Below, piece after piece: positions 1-12,352 of a stretch of 64,000 nucleotides of DNA; the first letter of the stretch is position 1; every line of letters starts with the position of its first letter. The DNA comes from Octopus vulgaris (Eukaryota), in NCBI GenBank assembly GCA_951406725.2, contig OX597825.1, positions 3,720,001-3,784,000 of the forward strand, written 5' to 3'. Position numbers and translations under genes: made by a program. The notes beneath the pieces were generated by a model that was not told the origin of the DNA, did no database searches, and worked only from the letters and a program-made list of their open reading frames with translations.

Positions 1-1461
1 AACAATATACAAAGCAAATAAGAAGACAATTATTGTGTATCAAAAAAGCAATATTACACAATTGTCGTTAAGCTGATATGTTTAAGGCTTAAAATGTTTA
101 TGTAAAGCGAACAGATATTTTATCAATAATGTTGCTATTTATCATCGCTCTTGTAGGCGTATGAACGTATGTCAACAGACTAATTATAGATAAACTTGAG
201 ATCGTTTCTGTAATTTCCATCTTGTGTTACTTTTCGGATGAATAGCGATATGATCTCTTGTTCAAGACGAAAAAGATTACAAGAATTTTGTACGACATAT
301 CCTGAATGAAATACAATCAATGAAATAGCTATACCAACAACTCAAAAAAAATAATTGATAACAAAGAAAAATATTCAGATGATGAAGGTAATTACAATGA
401 TCAAGATAATGATGATAATGATATCGATGATGATGAAGGAAATGATGACAATCATTGCAGTGGTTTTGATGGTGTTTTTCGTAATGACGTTGACTAATGC
501 AATAATATCGACATATGTTTCATGGAAAGAAATTGAGGGAACAAACCGAGAATTTGTCGTCAATTAATTGTAATTTCAATCGAAGAGTTCAGTGTAGATT
601 AAAAGATAACCATATAAATAATGACAGTATATTCGTAAATGTGAATGTAATTGATAAATTAAAATGCGGTGCTTATATGTTCGTGTCATAATTATTTGAG
701 AGAGGAATATGCAACATTGCACATGATTAATTGTAACACAATAGACTGACAAATTAGGGTCTTTTCTCGTTACTCGTTAATTTATTGTAGAATAAATTTA
801 TAATTACTTTTTTAAGTTCATCAAAAATCATGGTTGTGTATAAGCATATATACAGAAGGAATGAGATTTAAGTTTTTATACAGAATATTAGGGGATGACC
901 AACTTTTCCATTCTTCATCTCCTGTCTTGTAGTGTGTACGAGAAATATCTGCATTTTTTTAGAAATAGTGTGGCACGTTGGTCGGCGAGCGAAAGAGAAT
1001 TGTGGAATCAAAAGGATTTATTTGTGCCTGGGCTAGTCTGCCATGGTTCAGTGTTTTTTGGGGATTGGTCTTGCAGTTCAAAATCGTGTGTGAGTGTGAG
1101 TGTGTATATATATGTGTGTGTGTGCTTGTGCGTGTATGTGTGTGCTTGTGTTTGATGAACTTAAAATAATTATTCAATTATTTCATTACCTATTTTGAAC
1201 ACTTTCATATAAACTGTTTAAACAAAAAGACCCTCTTAACATGTTCTTCTCATTGTCAAAGATTTCATTTTTTAGCATTTTGTTATCATTATCAAATACT
1301 ACATAACTGTATTTTAATGCAATTATGCTAACAATTTTTAACGCAACAAAGCTTTACATTTTAGGTTTGATAATGTTTTATTTTTGTTTTCTATTTTGGA
1401 AAAATGAAACTGGTCAAGTAAATAAACATCTTTAAAAGACCGCTGCATTTTTCAAACCTAT

Positions 1462-1514
1462 ATAAACTTACTTGAGAATTAATGCGTAGCGTTCTATTAA
1501 ATAAATAAATAATA

Positions 1515-1579
<65 letters not shown>

Positions 1580-1642
1580 CGATATATATATCGTATTATT
1601 TATTTAACTGAACGCGAGGTGTCAATTCTCAAGTAAGGTTAT
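1462..1642. repeat. Degenerate inverted repeat centred on a (TA)n tract
   Basis: Left arm ataaacttacttgagaatt..gcgttc..ttaaataaataaataatatgatat matches the reverse complement of atatcgtattatttatttaactgaacgc..aattctcaagtaaggttat. It also contains a perfect 22-bp palindrome aatacgatatatatatcgtatt (1576-1597). Confidence 0.85.
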
Positions 1643-1958
1643 CTTCACCATTTGTTGTGCGAGTCTCTTCTCTATACTGTTTCTTCCTCACGTATTTGGT
1701 TCTTTCTTCTCGCATGATTCTCTAATTCCCTTTCCCCCCACTCCTTCACCGGTTTTATCTATCTCTCTCTCCTGTTTCTCTTTGTCTTTCTCTCCCCACT
1801 TTGTCTTTCTCTCTCCCCCACTCTTTCTCTTTTTTCTCTACCCTTCTTACTCTTTCTTTTTCCCTGTCTCCCGTTACTCACACGTGACCATCGTTCATCC
1901 TTCTTTTTCTCAGATGACCAAATTACTTTTTGTGCTCGGACGTCTAAAAGGCTGAACG

Positions 1959-2005
<47 letters not shown>

Positions 2006-2455
2006 AGTTTTTCTCTTTTCAATAAATACCTCTCCCAGCTTTCACTATTATCTTTTCGTTCCGGTCTAACGACCCTCCATGTTTGTTTTCGTTCGGGTTC
2101 CTTGTATGTTACCACTGTTTTTGTTCCAAACATTGACCATCCATAAATTCAAAATTTCATTTTGGTATAATATGGGTGCATTTGTCTTTGAAGACTCATA
2201 TTGCGGTTTGAATGCTCGAAATGAGGGTTAGATAGAGAGCCGATAGCTGTATTAACATACCATGTCATCCATTTAAATCGCCGATTACATATTTCACTCG
2301 TTTTCGTCCGGTAATTACTGTCCACGTCTTGTATCTGTCTCTAGTGATAGTTGCACCGTTGGGCAAACTCTAAACAACTGTAAGGGAACATGGTAAATTT
2401 TTTGTAACTAATAAATTATATTAACGCAAACTACTCTTATGGATTTTAATTTGAA
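1590..2455 (+). mobile_element. Probable PLE pLTR remnant ending in a decayed hammerhead
   Basis: Pyrimidine-rich body between microsatellites. HHR-like motif at 2338-2387: tct-CTAGTGA-tagttgc..gcaaactc-TAAAC-aact-GTA-aggga, with mutated core. Confidence 0.45.
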
Positions 2456-2989
2456 ACACACACACACAGACACACACACACACACATATATCTATATATA
2501 TATATATATATATACATATATTTAGGCATGTATATATCTCTTTATATATATATGTATGTATGTATGTATATATGGGTGCATCAATATATTCAGAGAGAGA
2601 GAGAGACAGAGAGAGACGGAGAGATGTAAATACATTCATATATTTATACATACATTTGTGTGTGCGTGTGCGTATGAATGAATAAGTAAATAAATATGTA
2701 AATATACATACATATATACACAAACAGCGTTTACACAAATATACGCTTACACACTTCCAAGTCATTCGCGTCGTTCGTCAGTGACCATGATTGTATAACT
2801 TAACAATATTCAAGTCCAGCTCAGTTGCTAGATGTCACTTCTCGTAAATCAACAAAGAGCACGTGGCACATTACAAATAGATGAGCAATAACTTCCATCG
2901 ATTCTTCTGCGCCAAAATCTTAACTTAGTGTTCCTATACGGATCAAAGCCAATGATAGCAGATGTAATTAACAATAGGAAATTAAGATG

Positions 2990-3680
2990 AGATTGATTGA
3001 ATATATATATAAGGGATCACAAATGAAACTTCCGTAGCGAACTCCTCAGTTCGCCTAATCTGACTCTGCAGCTCCGACATAAGTAAGCTCAGCAAAATTA
3101 TTCTCAATCACTTAACACCGTAAATTCCCGCCACATTCACATAAAAACTTTGGAGCAAAACTACTGAAGCTCTATCGTGGTTCAATTCTCTATGCTGTAA
3201 GCAGACTTTTACATTCATACGAGTCGACATCAATAAATACTACTCCAGTATATCTACTATTTTTCTATATAAGGTACTAAAAATACTTATCGCGATGATA
3301 TTGATATAATATTAGCAGCCCGCCAAAAATATTGTTTAATGGAAAATACTGGACCTGCAACGATTCATCCAACGGTAGCCGATAGAGAGACGACGCTCCG
3401 TTCGTCATCCAAAATTCTAGCAAATGGAAAATCGATTAGACTTGAAAAGTATTAAGATACGTTTTTTTAAACGTTGCCTTTAGCATCTCATTCTATAAAA
3501 ATGCTAAAACTTTAAATTTCTTGGACGTAACTAGACTTGCAAAACCAAATCATCTACCCATACCACAAACCCGAAGAAAACATCAACTCCGTGAACGTCT
3601 ATCCTACAACCCATCTCCGTCTTAAAATCTACTGTGGAAAGCTTTATCTATCGGATTTCATCAATATCTGCTAAACATCG
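2990..3680 (+). pseudogene. Degraded Penelope-like (Naiad-type) reverse transcriptase
   Basis: Manual translation across frameshifts gives, in order: RDHK*NF; RLI*..SDISKLSKIIL; LWSKTTEALSWFNSL..FIRVDINKYYSSIS (motif A, D at 3226); DDIDIILAARQ; *RDD (YRDD, 3383-3394); KTLNFLDVT (FLDV at 3518-3529); YPYHKP; RISSIS. The motif B region appears deleted. Confidence 0.85.
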
Positions 3681-4564
3681 TATATATCTATGCATATATG
3701 CATAGATATATTTATACTTATACACATACACACATACATGGAAATGGAACGTAAGCTTGTATCATTTTCGAGAAGGCCATGACGCACATAAGCAGTAATC
3801 ATTCCTGAGTGACAAATACCATGTGTAGAATACTGAAACCTGATACTAAAACATTATTTCCACGCAAAACTTACTACACCCAGAAATTCATTAAATGCTC
3901 TCTTTGATATGAACGACAAAAAAGCGTAAGCTAATAATCTACGAAATTGAGACAGAAAAGCTCGCTCTTCATCGAGAGTCATGAAATAGGCTTAAATTAT
4001 GTCGCTGCTGAAATACAAAATATGCCATTTTGATCTATGCAAATATGTTCACACACACATTGAAAAATTTCTCCTGTGTAAAATTAGTTGTCTACCTACA
4101 CAACAATTACTTATTAACTCTCACTTCCGCCTACTTTCCTCTCTTTATCTTGTTTAGTCAAATTTTCTATGAAACTTCGGAAGTAGGACGTTATTAAAAA
4201 TAGATAGAATCCAATGTCAGTTTTAAATATTGGGATTGAAAGAGTGAATGAAAAGCGAGGTAATTGATACTGAGATAAATTATTCAAATTCAACACCAAA
4301 CACGCGCATGACAAATGTTGAAATGCAAAACGAATCTTGCACAAATATCAGTAAAGGTAAATATAACGAACAGAACATGAAGTAAGCAAATACGTTCTGT
4401 AACTCTGAAATATAATTCTATGCAATAATATACATGTGCGTGTATGTAGTTTTATGTCAATATGTACGTATCTATATTAACATTATATACATGTATACTC
4501 ACATGCGTATTCGCGCGCGCACACGCTTACACCCACACACTCACACAGGAGGAGACATGCATTA

Positions 4565-4720
4565 TATATTTGTTCATATTTAGCAGAAGCAGCAGAGTGA
4601 CCCGAGGGCTGAAAGTTTCCTGCGTTGGCATCTATCAGAATTTTGGTAAGTGCCAAAGCAGGAATATGCCGACCGTTGCGTCACGCTGTTGCTACTGATA
4701 AATATGTTAATAAAAATATA
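4565..4720. repeat. Foldback palindrome (MITE-like), about 155 bp
   Basis: ttcctgcgttggcatctatcaga / tttggtaagtgccaaagcaggaa pair with almost no loop. Outer arms tatattt..catatttagcagaagcagcagagtgac / gtcacgctgttgctactgataaatatg..aaatata also pair. Confidence 0.75.
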
Positions 4721-4787
4721 AACATACTCATATTTTGGGTTCTGTTTTGCATCAACATAAGTAAATATATATATATATATATACATA

Positions 4788-4847
<60 letters not shown>

Positions 4848-4930
4848 GGTCCCGGGTTGATTCGGGGTTAACCACAGTAAGTAAGGTACTCAATACATAG
4901 CAGAGTAAAATTAATTTATTATATAGAAGG

Positions 4931-4981
4931 AGCTTCTACAGGACTAGTACTGTTTCATTCAAGAGAAATCTTCAGGAAGCT
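4931..4981 (-). ncRNA. Type I hammerhead ribozyme, identical minus-strand copy
   Basis: Exact reverse complement of 5356-5406. Confidence 0.85.
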
Positions 4982-5355
4982 ATTTAACAAGAATTGTATT
5001 AGCATTTATACATTTAGGCAGGTTTAAAGGAGTGGTTTTTATGTATATATTTTTTATATATGTTTTTTATTTTTTTTATTTTTTTATTTTTTTATTTTTT
5101 ATTTTTTTATTTTTTTATTATATTTTTTTATTTTTTTATTTTATTTTATTTTTTTATTTTTTTATTTTTTTATTTTTTTATTTTTTATCTTTTTATTTTT
5201 TTATTTATCTATTCTTTCATCTAACTTACCACTGACTCCTTGACCACTCCCCCAAGTATGATATTTTGCGCTATGCCTACCCCCAAAAAAGTCCCCCACC
5301 ACCACTCCTTTAAACCTGCCTAAATGTATAAATGCTAATACAATTCTTGTTAAAT

Positions 5356-5406
5356 AGCTTCCTGAAGATTTCTCTTGAATGAAACAGTACTAGTCCTGTA
5401 GAAGCT
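5356..5406 (+). ncRNA. Type I hammerhead ribozyme, intact core
   Basis: Stem I agcttc/gaagct; CTGAAGA (5362-5368); stem II ttc-tctt-gaa with T.T closing pair; GAAAC; stem III acag/ctgt enclosing near-palindromic tactagtc; cleavage triplet GTA (after 5400). Confidence 0.85.
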
Positions 5407-5417
5407 CCTTCTATATA

Positions 5418-5509
<92 letters not shown>

Positions 5510-5759
5510 CATTTAAGTTGTGAAAACAAAAGTATTACATCCAATAAAACCCCAAAAACAGAAGAAACATTGCCTTCCTAATAAAAAGGGCACTCCTACA
5601 AGCTTATTTTCAAAGGTCTGCATGCATGAATAGTTTCGAAACGAAAACATAACCCAAAAGTTAACCTTTCCATAACAGGCAACGTAAAAACTTAATTACC
5701 ACTTCATTGAGACCCACTCTCCAAAAGATGGTTTTACTTCAACAAACACTATACAAGCG

Positions 5760-5867
<108 letters not shown>

Positions 5868-6048
5868 ATATATATACATATATATATATATGTATACACA
5901 CATATATATATATACATATGTATATATATGGATATTTATATATGTGTGTGTGTGTGTGTGTGCGTGTGCATGCGTGTGTACATCTACATATATATACATT
6001 TGTGTATATGTATATGAATGTATAAATATCTATGTCTATCTCTCACTC

Positions 6049-6092
<44 letters not shown>

Positions 6093-6247
6093 CACACACC
6101 CAACATACATTAAATGAATATTATGCCAACGGCTCCCCGCTCCGTTTTGGGCGATGTGAAAATGTGTGCCTCATTGCACAAATATACGAGAGGACTGCTG
6201 ATAACTTAAAAGGCAGACCAGAATAGTTCGTGAGAATGTGACCAAAT

Positions 6248-7214
6248 GAGGGATGTTTTTAAGAAGAATCTTGGTTCGAACTTCTTTACTTACTTCTTCC
6301 ATATACTTCTTAATTTCTTCCATCGATGTTTCAATACTTAGATTCTAGGTAACAGGATTTCATCATAATTGTGATACTGGTTCCCAGACGAGTTTTATTT
6401 TTTATGTTGCAAACATACAATAATCACGGACTTGCTTGCTCCAGATTTGTCCAGCTGAAACAAGACACCTGTCTTCAGTTTTCCTTGGTGTCAGATCTGT
6501 ATAGACTTTCACATTTGCCTCAGTATGTTGACACAATTCTCTCCATTGGTGGTGTGCCCATTTTGAAAGCCAATAAAATATGCATATTACATCCCCAAAA
6601 CTGAAACCATTACCATATTTACCGATGAAACACCTCCATCATGGAGCGAGTAGGGGCATTTTCCACTGCATTGATCCTCACCTTGCCTCTGGCTCAAAGT
6701 AATGTTGTCAACACTCTTCTTGGGTTAGGAAACGTTGACGGAAACAGGTTGGATGTGCCTCAAACAATGTCAGATTTTCCTTTTATGCGATCAGTTTTGT
6801 GCGCTTTTGGTCAGCTGTAATAAGATGTGGAACCCACTGAAGAGAAACTTTCACCATACCAATTTCCTTATGAAGAATACTCTCAAATCTCTCGTGGAAT
6901 ATGCTAATAATATTGGCTATTCCATTTATAGTCAAACTCCCATCATGAGATATGGAGTATGTCCAAAATTTACTCTGATAGTGAAAGTTGCAAAGTTCCA
7001 ATGTTGTGTTTTCTTCGAAGTTCAGCTGCCCCATTTGCACTTTTGACGATACTGATGCTGCAAACCCTACTGAGATAGCCATGTCAGCATGAATGACCTT
7101 GTGTCCATATTCAAGAGATTTCGTTGCTTGTTACACTGGACGACGTCATAGAATAGTCCGATATCAGAAACAATTCAGTTTTTCATGAGGGCAGATTATG
7201 AACACCTCTGCTCG
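6248..7214 (-). mobile_element. Mariner transposon relic
   Basis: ORF 6783-7082 encodes ..LTINGIANIISI..ESILHKEIGMVKVSLQWVPHLITADQKR, matching the mariner WVPHxL motif. Degenerate TIR-like ends. Confidence 0.85.
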
Positions 7215-7427
7215 CCATAATACATATATGTAGACACACACACTAAAATATATGCAATCACACTCATAACTACACACTACTACATATACACTATTAAACT
7301 ATATCGTATTAATTCATATGTTTTAATTCACTGAGTAAAAGAAATATTAAATATGTTACTGTGGCTGATGGAACTTAGAAATTTTTAGCTATACTTTTGC
7401 TGATTGGGAACTTTGAAACTATAAAAA

Positions 7428-8010
<583 letters not shown>

Positions 8011-8732
8011 TAAACACAGACATATCAAAAGTAATTCTATTTTGAATTCAACATATGACGAAGAATAGTTCACAGCTTGCTTTACTTACGCTTTCTGTAT
8101 CAACACTATATCCTACTAGAAGGCTATTTACTCAGAACGTAATCTATTTGATACAGCGTCGACGTAGCGTTTATCAACTGAAAATATTTAGTGAATGTCT
8201 GCAGTAGATAGCATCGTAATTGCATCAGCATTGTATGATTGAAGTAATTGCGGTATAAAGAGGAATAGAACAAGTGTTATTAAAATGGCTATAGCTGTCA
8301 GGGTAATTACATCACTCATTGCAAAATATTGCATGCAGTGGCTGGACATTGTTCTAGAAATATATTGTCAATAGAACATATTCTTTAAAGTACACGAATG
8401 TGATTGACAAGTATATAGTCTATTATATTAATGCTAGTTATAATGATAGCTTCCTTCAATCGATTTCTGAATATACCAGACAACTGAACACATCCACAAA
8501 ACTGAAACCATGCAAAATTCGGTTGCCTTATTTTGTTGTGGATACTTAAAACCGGTCGGTTTCGTGTCCACTAAACATGTTGGATATCTATCCAACATGA
8601 ACCCATGCTTTAGTTTCTGTATTTTGATGTATGATACATGTCCCTGTGTTCGTAATTATACCGGTACTAAACAAAATAGTAATAGTTCCTGACCCACCCT
8701 CGTGTATATATATATATATTTATATATATATA

Positions 8733-9018
8733 TATAAACAACTTATAAATAAGGGCAATGCCAAATATGCCGAAAAATTGGACATATTGTCCATTACCGT
8801 ATAATTTTTCACAATATGACGAATGGAGGGTTCTTACGAACTAACCCTAAAATCGGTACGATATGGTAATAATGGAATTTTTTAGAGATTCCTGTCGGCT
8901 TTTTTTGGGGTAGCGTGCATAGTGTTAAAATTATATGTTAATGGACAATATATCCAATTTTTCGGCATATTTGGCATTAGAAATGTTTTCGTTTGCCCTT
9001 ATTTATGAGTCGTTTATA
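8733..9018. repeat. Inverted repeat (about 85-100 bp arms) next to (TA)n
   Basis: tataaacaacttataaataagggcaatgccaaatatgccgaaaaattggacatattgtccatta (8733-8818) matches the reverse complement of 8918-9018, with one indel of about 14 nt. Confidence 0.9.
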
Positions 9019-9121
9019 ATTTTAACCTTTAAAGGTATTTTTTAATATGCTGGCCATTGATACAATCTTTTTTCGAAAAAATGTTATCCCATATTAAATA
9101 TATATATATATATACAAATAG

Positions 9122-9390
9122 TGAGAGCGCATGACTTAGTGGTTAGTTTGTTGCACTCATGATGGCTAGATTATGATTTCAATTCCCAGACTCGGTGGGG
9201 TATGGGGTGTCCTTCGACACGCTATGTGTAGTAAATTATACAGCTGTCCAAGTAATGTCGCTTTGATAGAGAGAGGAAGCTACTGTGCGGCATAAAAAAA
9301 ACATTTAGTCAGCATATACAAATCATTTGTGAAATTCTTTAAGCAAAAACCTGACCCTTGTATATCGCATTTGACAGTAGAGTTCATCCT
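9122..9390 (+). mobile_element. Decayed tRNA-derived SINE
   Basis: A-box-like tgacttagtgg and B-box-like gatttcaattccc; head resembles the 48138-48439 SINE. Confidence 0.55.
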
Positions 9391-9423
9391 TCACACTCAC
9401 TCACACGTACGCACACACACATT

Positions 9424-9486
<63 letters not shown>

Positions 9487-9639
9487 ATGTATGCATATGT
9501 GTGCATTTATATAAATATTTATATACACACATATATGCATATATGCTGTTAACAGTGCTGTGATGGAATGTGACTTTTTGGCCCAGCTAAAGATCTACAA
9601 TGTCTTGTACAGAATTGGCACTTAAAACGATTACGATAT

Positions 9640-10006
9640 GCTTAGCCGTTTTTCGTCTGCCGTTACCTTCTGGGTTCAAATTCCTCCAAGTTTAACTTTG
9701 CCTTTTATCGTATCGGGTTCGATTAAATAAGTTCCGGTTACTACTGGGGTTGATGCTTTGTCTGTGATTGTTTGTCCCCTCTATGTTTTGTCTCTTGTGG
9801 GCAATAAACAAATAAATATTGATTCTAGCGATCAGGCAGAATCGTTAGCACGCTTTAGCTACTGAGCTCAAATTCTGCTGAGGTCAACATTGTCTTTCGA
9901 CTTCTCGGAGTCAATAAAATAATTACATGATGAGAACTGCGGCTAGGCGTAATTGACTCACCCCCTCACCGAAATTGCAGGCATTGTACCAACATTTGAA
10001 ACCAAT
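9640..10006 (+). mobile_element. Two adjacent SINE copies
   Basis: Both carry gagttcaaattc..aggtcaac/ttaactttgcc..ataaa..agt, homologous to 43493-43664. Confidence 0.75.
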
Positions 10007-10159
10007 TCTAATATTAACTTATCATTTACGGAAAATCTATGAAAGCCGAGTCAGCCGATTTAATTGTGCATTCACATAGTTGAACTTGTTACATAAGGTA
10101 AGCCAGATGTATGTACATATATTTGCTAATATTGGGAATACTAAGTTATTATTGATATA

Positions 10160-10565
10160 TACGTATCCTTACAAAAGAGGATAGAGGTTCAGAAGAAAAC
10201 GTGGTCTATCAGTCCATGTACACTTACAGACATCCATTCAGAAGATTACATGGTACAAAATATACTGACCTAGCAATAAATCTCTTTAAAATTTATTTAC
10301 TATCTGCCACTGTTGAAGTAAAAGTAGACACATTTGATGAACAATTGCAGTTTTCAACAAACAGAAGTCTACCAACAGAAAAACTATCATTCGAATCCCA
10401 TGTGTAACTTGCGTTTGTTTAGGTAACTACAACAAGAGACAAATTACGTTTTTCTCAAAACCTCTTAATTTCCTGCTGTGTAAGTGATTCAAAGAGGACC
10501 CCTTCTTAGTTCTAGAGCTTTAGGCAAACCAACAGAGCGCATGCACAATCTCGTAAACATGTGTT
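10160..10565 (+). pseudogene. Degraded PLE GIY-YIG endonuclease region
   Basis: Translation EENVVYQ...KYTDLAINLFK...PMCNLRLF...LGKPTE..H follows the order NVVY / YIG..FK / CxLCL / LNKRxE..H expected at the PLE C-terminus, but is strongly diverged. Confidence 0.5.
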
Positions 10566-11683
10566 TAAATGTGTATGTATGTATATATATATAGGTGTGT
10601 ATGTATGCATGTATATATATATATATATATACATATAGGTATACGTGTGTATAAATATATATATTATAATATATATATATGTATGTATGTATACACACCA
10701 ACCTACACGCGTGCACATGCACACACCCACGTGGACACACACATATACATATATGAGCACCAACACAAACACTGAAACACTCACAGAATCATATATATGT
10801 ATAATATATATATACATAAACACATAGTTATACATGCGTATATATGCATACGCACATACATACATGCATGTATACATACATACATATATACATACATATG
10901 TCCATTGTCAACATTTCCATGTATTCTCCAATATCGGCGATATAAGATTAATGAAAAAGTGATTATAGATCTGACTTTTAATCATAATAAAGAAAATACC
11001 TACTTCCATCAACTGACCATATTTCTGTAGGTCCTACTGCAACTTAACATCTGCTGAATTTTATACAGAGTCAGAAGAGAAAATAAAACACCATTGCATA
11101 AAGCTAAAAAAAAACGCCAAGACATATCTTACTAGAGGATGTTTACATTTAGACTATTCGATTTTAATTCAGGTTTCTGGATAAAATATAGAATGATACT
11201 GTGATTCCTTGCATCTATGATTAACCAATGATGCATAAAGAAGCAAATGCCAAAGCATTTTCAATAAGAAGGACAGTGGTATACGAAATAATTGTGATAG
11301 TTTTGAAAATATATAAAATATTTTAGGAGAAATTTCATATGGTTACCGTTAATTTAAATATGTTTACGTTATAAACGATAAGTGAATGGGATTTACTTAA
11401 TCAATTTCATTAGCATACTGCTGTTTCTGTTATAAGTCGTTGCTTACTGAACGGTTAATGCTTCTGCAAAAGCTGCCAGGAATCTATAGGGTAACAACCA
11501 AGTACTCGGCTATAATTGCTATGCATCTTGCTTCATAAATAACAGTAACCTAACGAATTGACTGTAATTTATGCATATCTTCAGATATTTGTTTTCATAT
11601 CCTCAGTTATCTCCTTTTACGGAAGCATTCGTATGTTGAGTTCTAGCACCAGGTTAGAATTAATGCTCTACCTGAGCAAGAAT

Positions 11684-11860
11684 GCAAACTGGCAGATCCG
11701 TTAGCAGAACGGGCAACATACCTAGCGACATTTCGTCCGTCCTTATGTTCTGAGTGCAAATTCCACCGAGGTTAGTCCTTCCAGTTACCCCTTTCACAAT
11801 ATATTCGACTTAACCCTTACACGAAATTGTTGGTCATCTTTCGAAACTTGAAACCAACAT
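11684..11860 (+). mobile_element. SINE copy
   Basis: ctggcagatccgttagca..ttctgagtgcaaattccaccgagg..gaaattgttgg..ttgaaaccaa. Confidence 0.75.
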
Positions 11861-11921
11861 TGCTATACCTAAGCAGCATTTAAAAATATATTTGTCATAT
11901 TGAATTTCGTGTGTCTATAAA

Positions 11922-12352
11922 TACTAATTTCACATTTTGGCAAAAGGCCAGCAATTTTAAGCGATGGGGTAAGTTGATTACATTGACCCCAATACTGGCC
12001 AAAATAAGTACTGGTACTTATTTAATGGACCCCGTCCTCGACGCAATCTGGACAGAGAAGGAACGAAATGTTGCTAAATATTTCGCTCGGTTTGCTAACG
12101 GTTCTACCAGCTCACCACCTCGTATCTGTAAATATCGATTTCAAATCTTGGCACGTGACCAGCAATTTCTGGACAGCGAGTCATTCCATTACATCGGACC
12201 CAGTGTTCAACTGGTGCTTATTTTGTCGACCATGAAAGGAAGAAATTGAAAGTCAACCTCGGCGGAATCCAATTTCAGAACGTGAAGACAGACGAAACGA
12301 CACTAGCCATTTTACCCTGGTGTGCTAACGATTATACCAACTTGCCGCCTTG
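11922..12352 (-). mobile_element. Two tandem SINE copies (11922-12120, 12135-12352)
   Basis: Both carry ccagcaattt..actggt(a/g)cttatt..gctaacg..ccagct/ccaact, the reverse of the same family. Confidence 0.8.

Larger units (their letters stand above)
4845..5423. mobile_element. Young PLE-type insertion with inverted pLTR arms in (TA)n
   Basis: Arms 4914-5036 and 5301-5423 are exact reverse complements (123 bp, checked base by base). T-rich spacer; (TA)n on both sides; each arm carries an HHR. Confidence 0.85.

Noticed and set aside
355-567. Met/Ile-rich ORFs
   Set aside because: Degenerate (GAT)n low-complexity sequence.
4617-4664. miR-96-like seed TTTGGCAC on the minus arm of the hairpin
   Set aside because: The rest of the mature sequence does not match, and it would run through the loop, so the geometry is not pre-miRNA-like.
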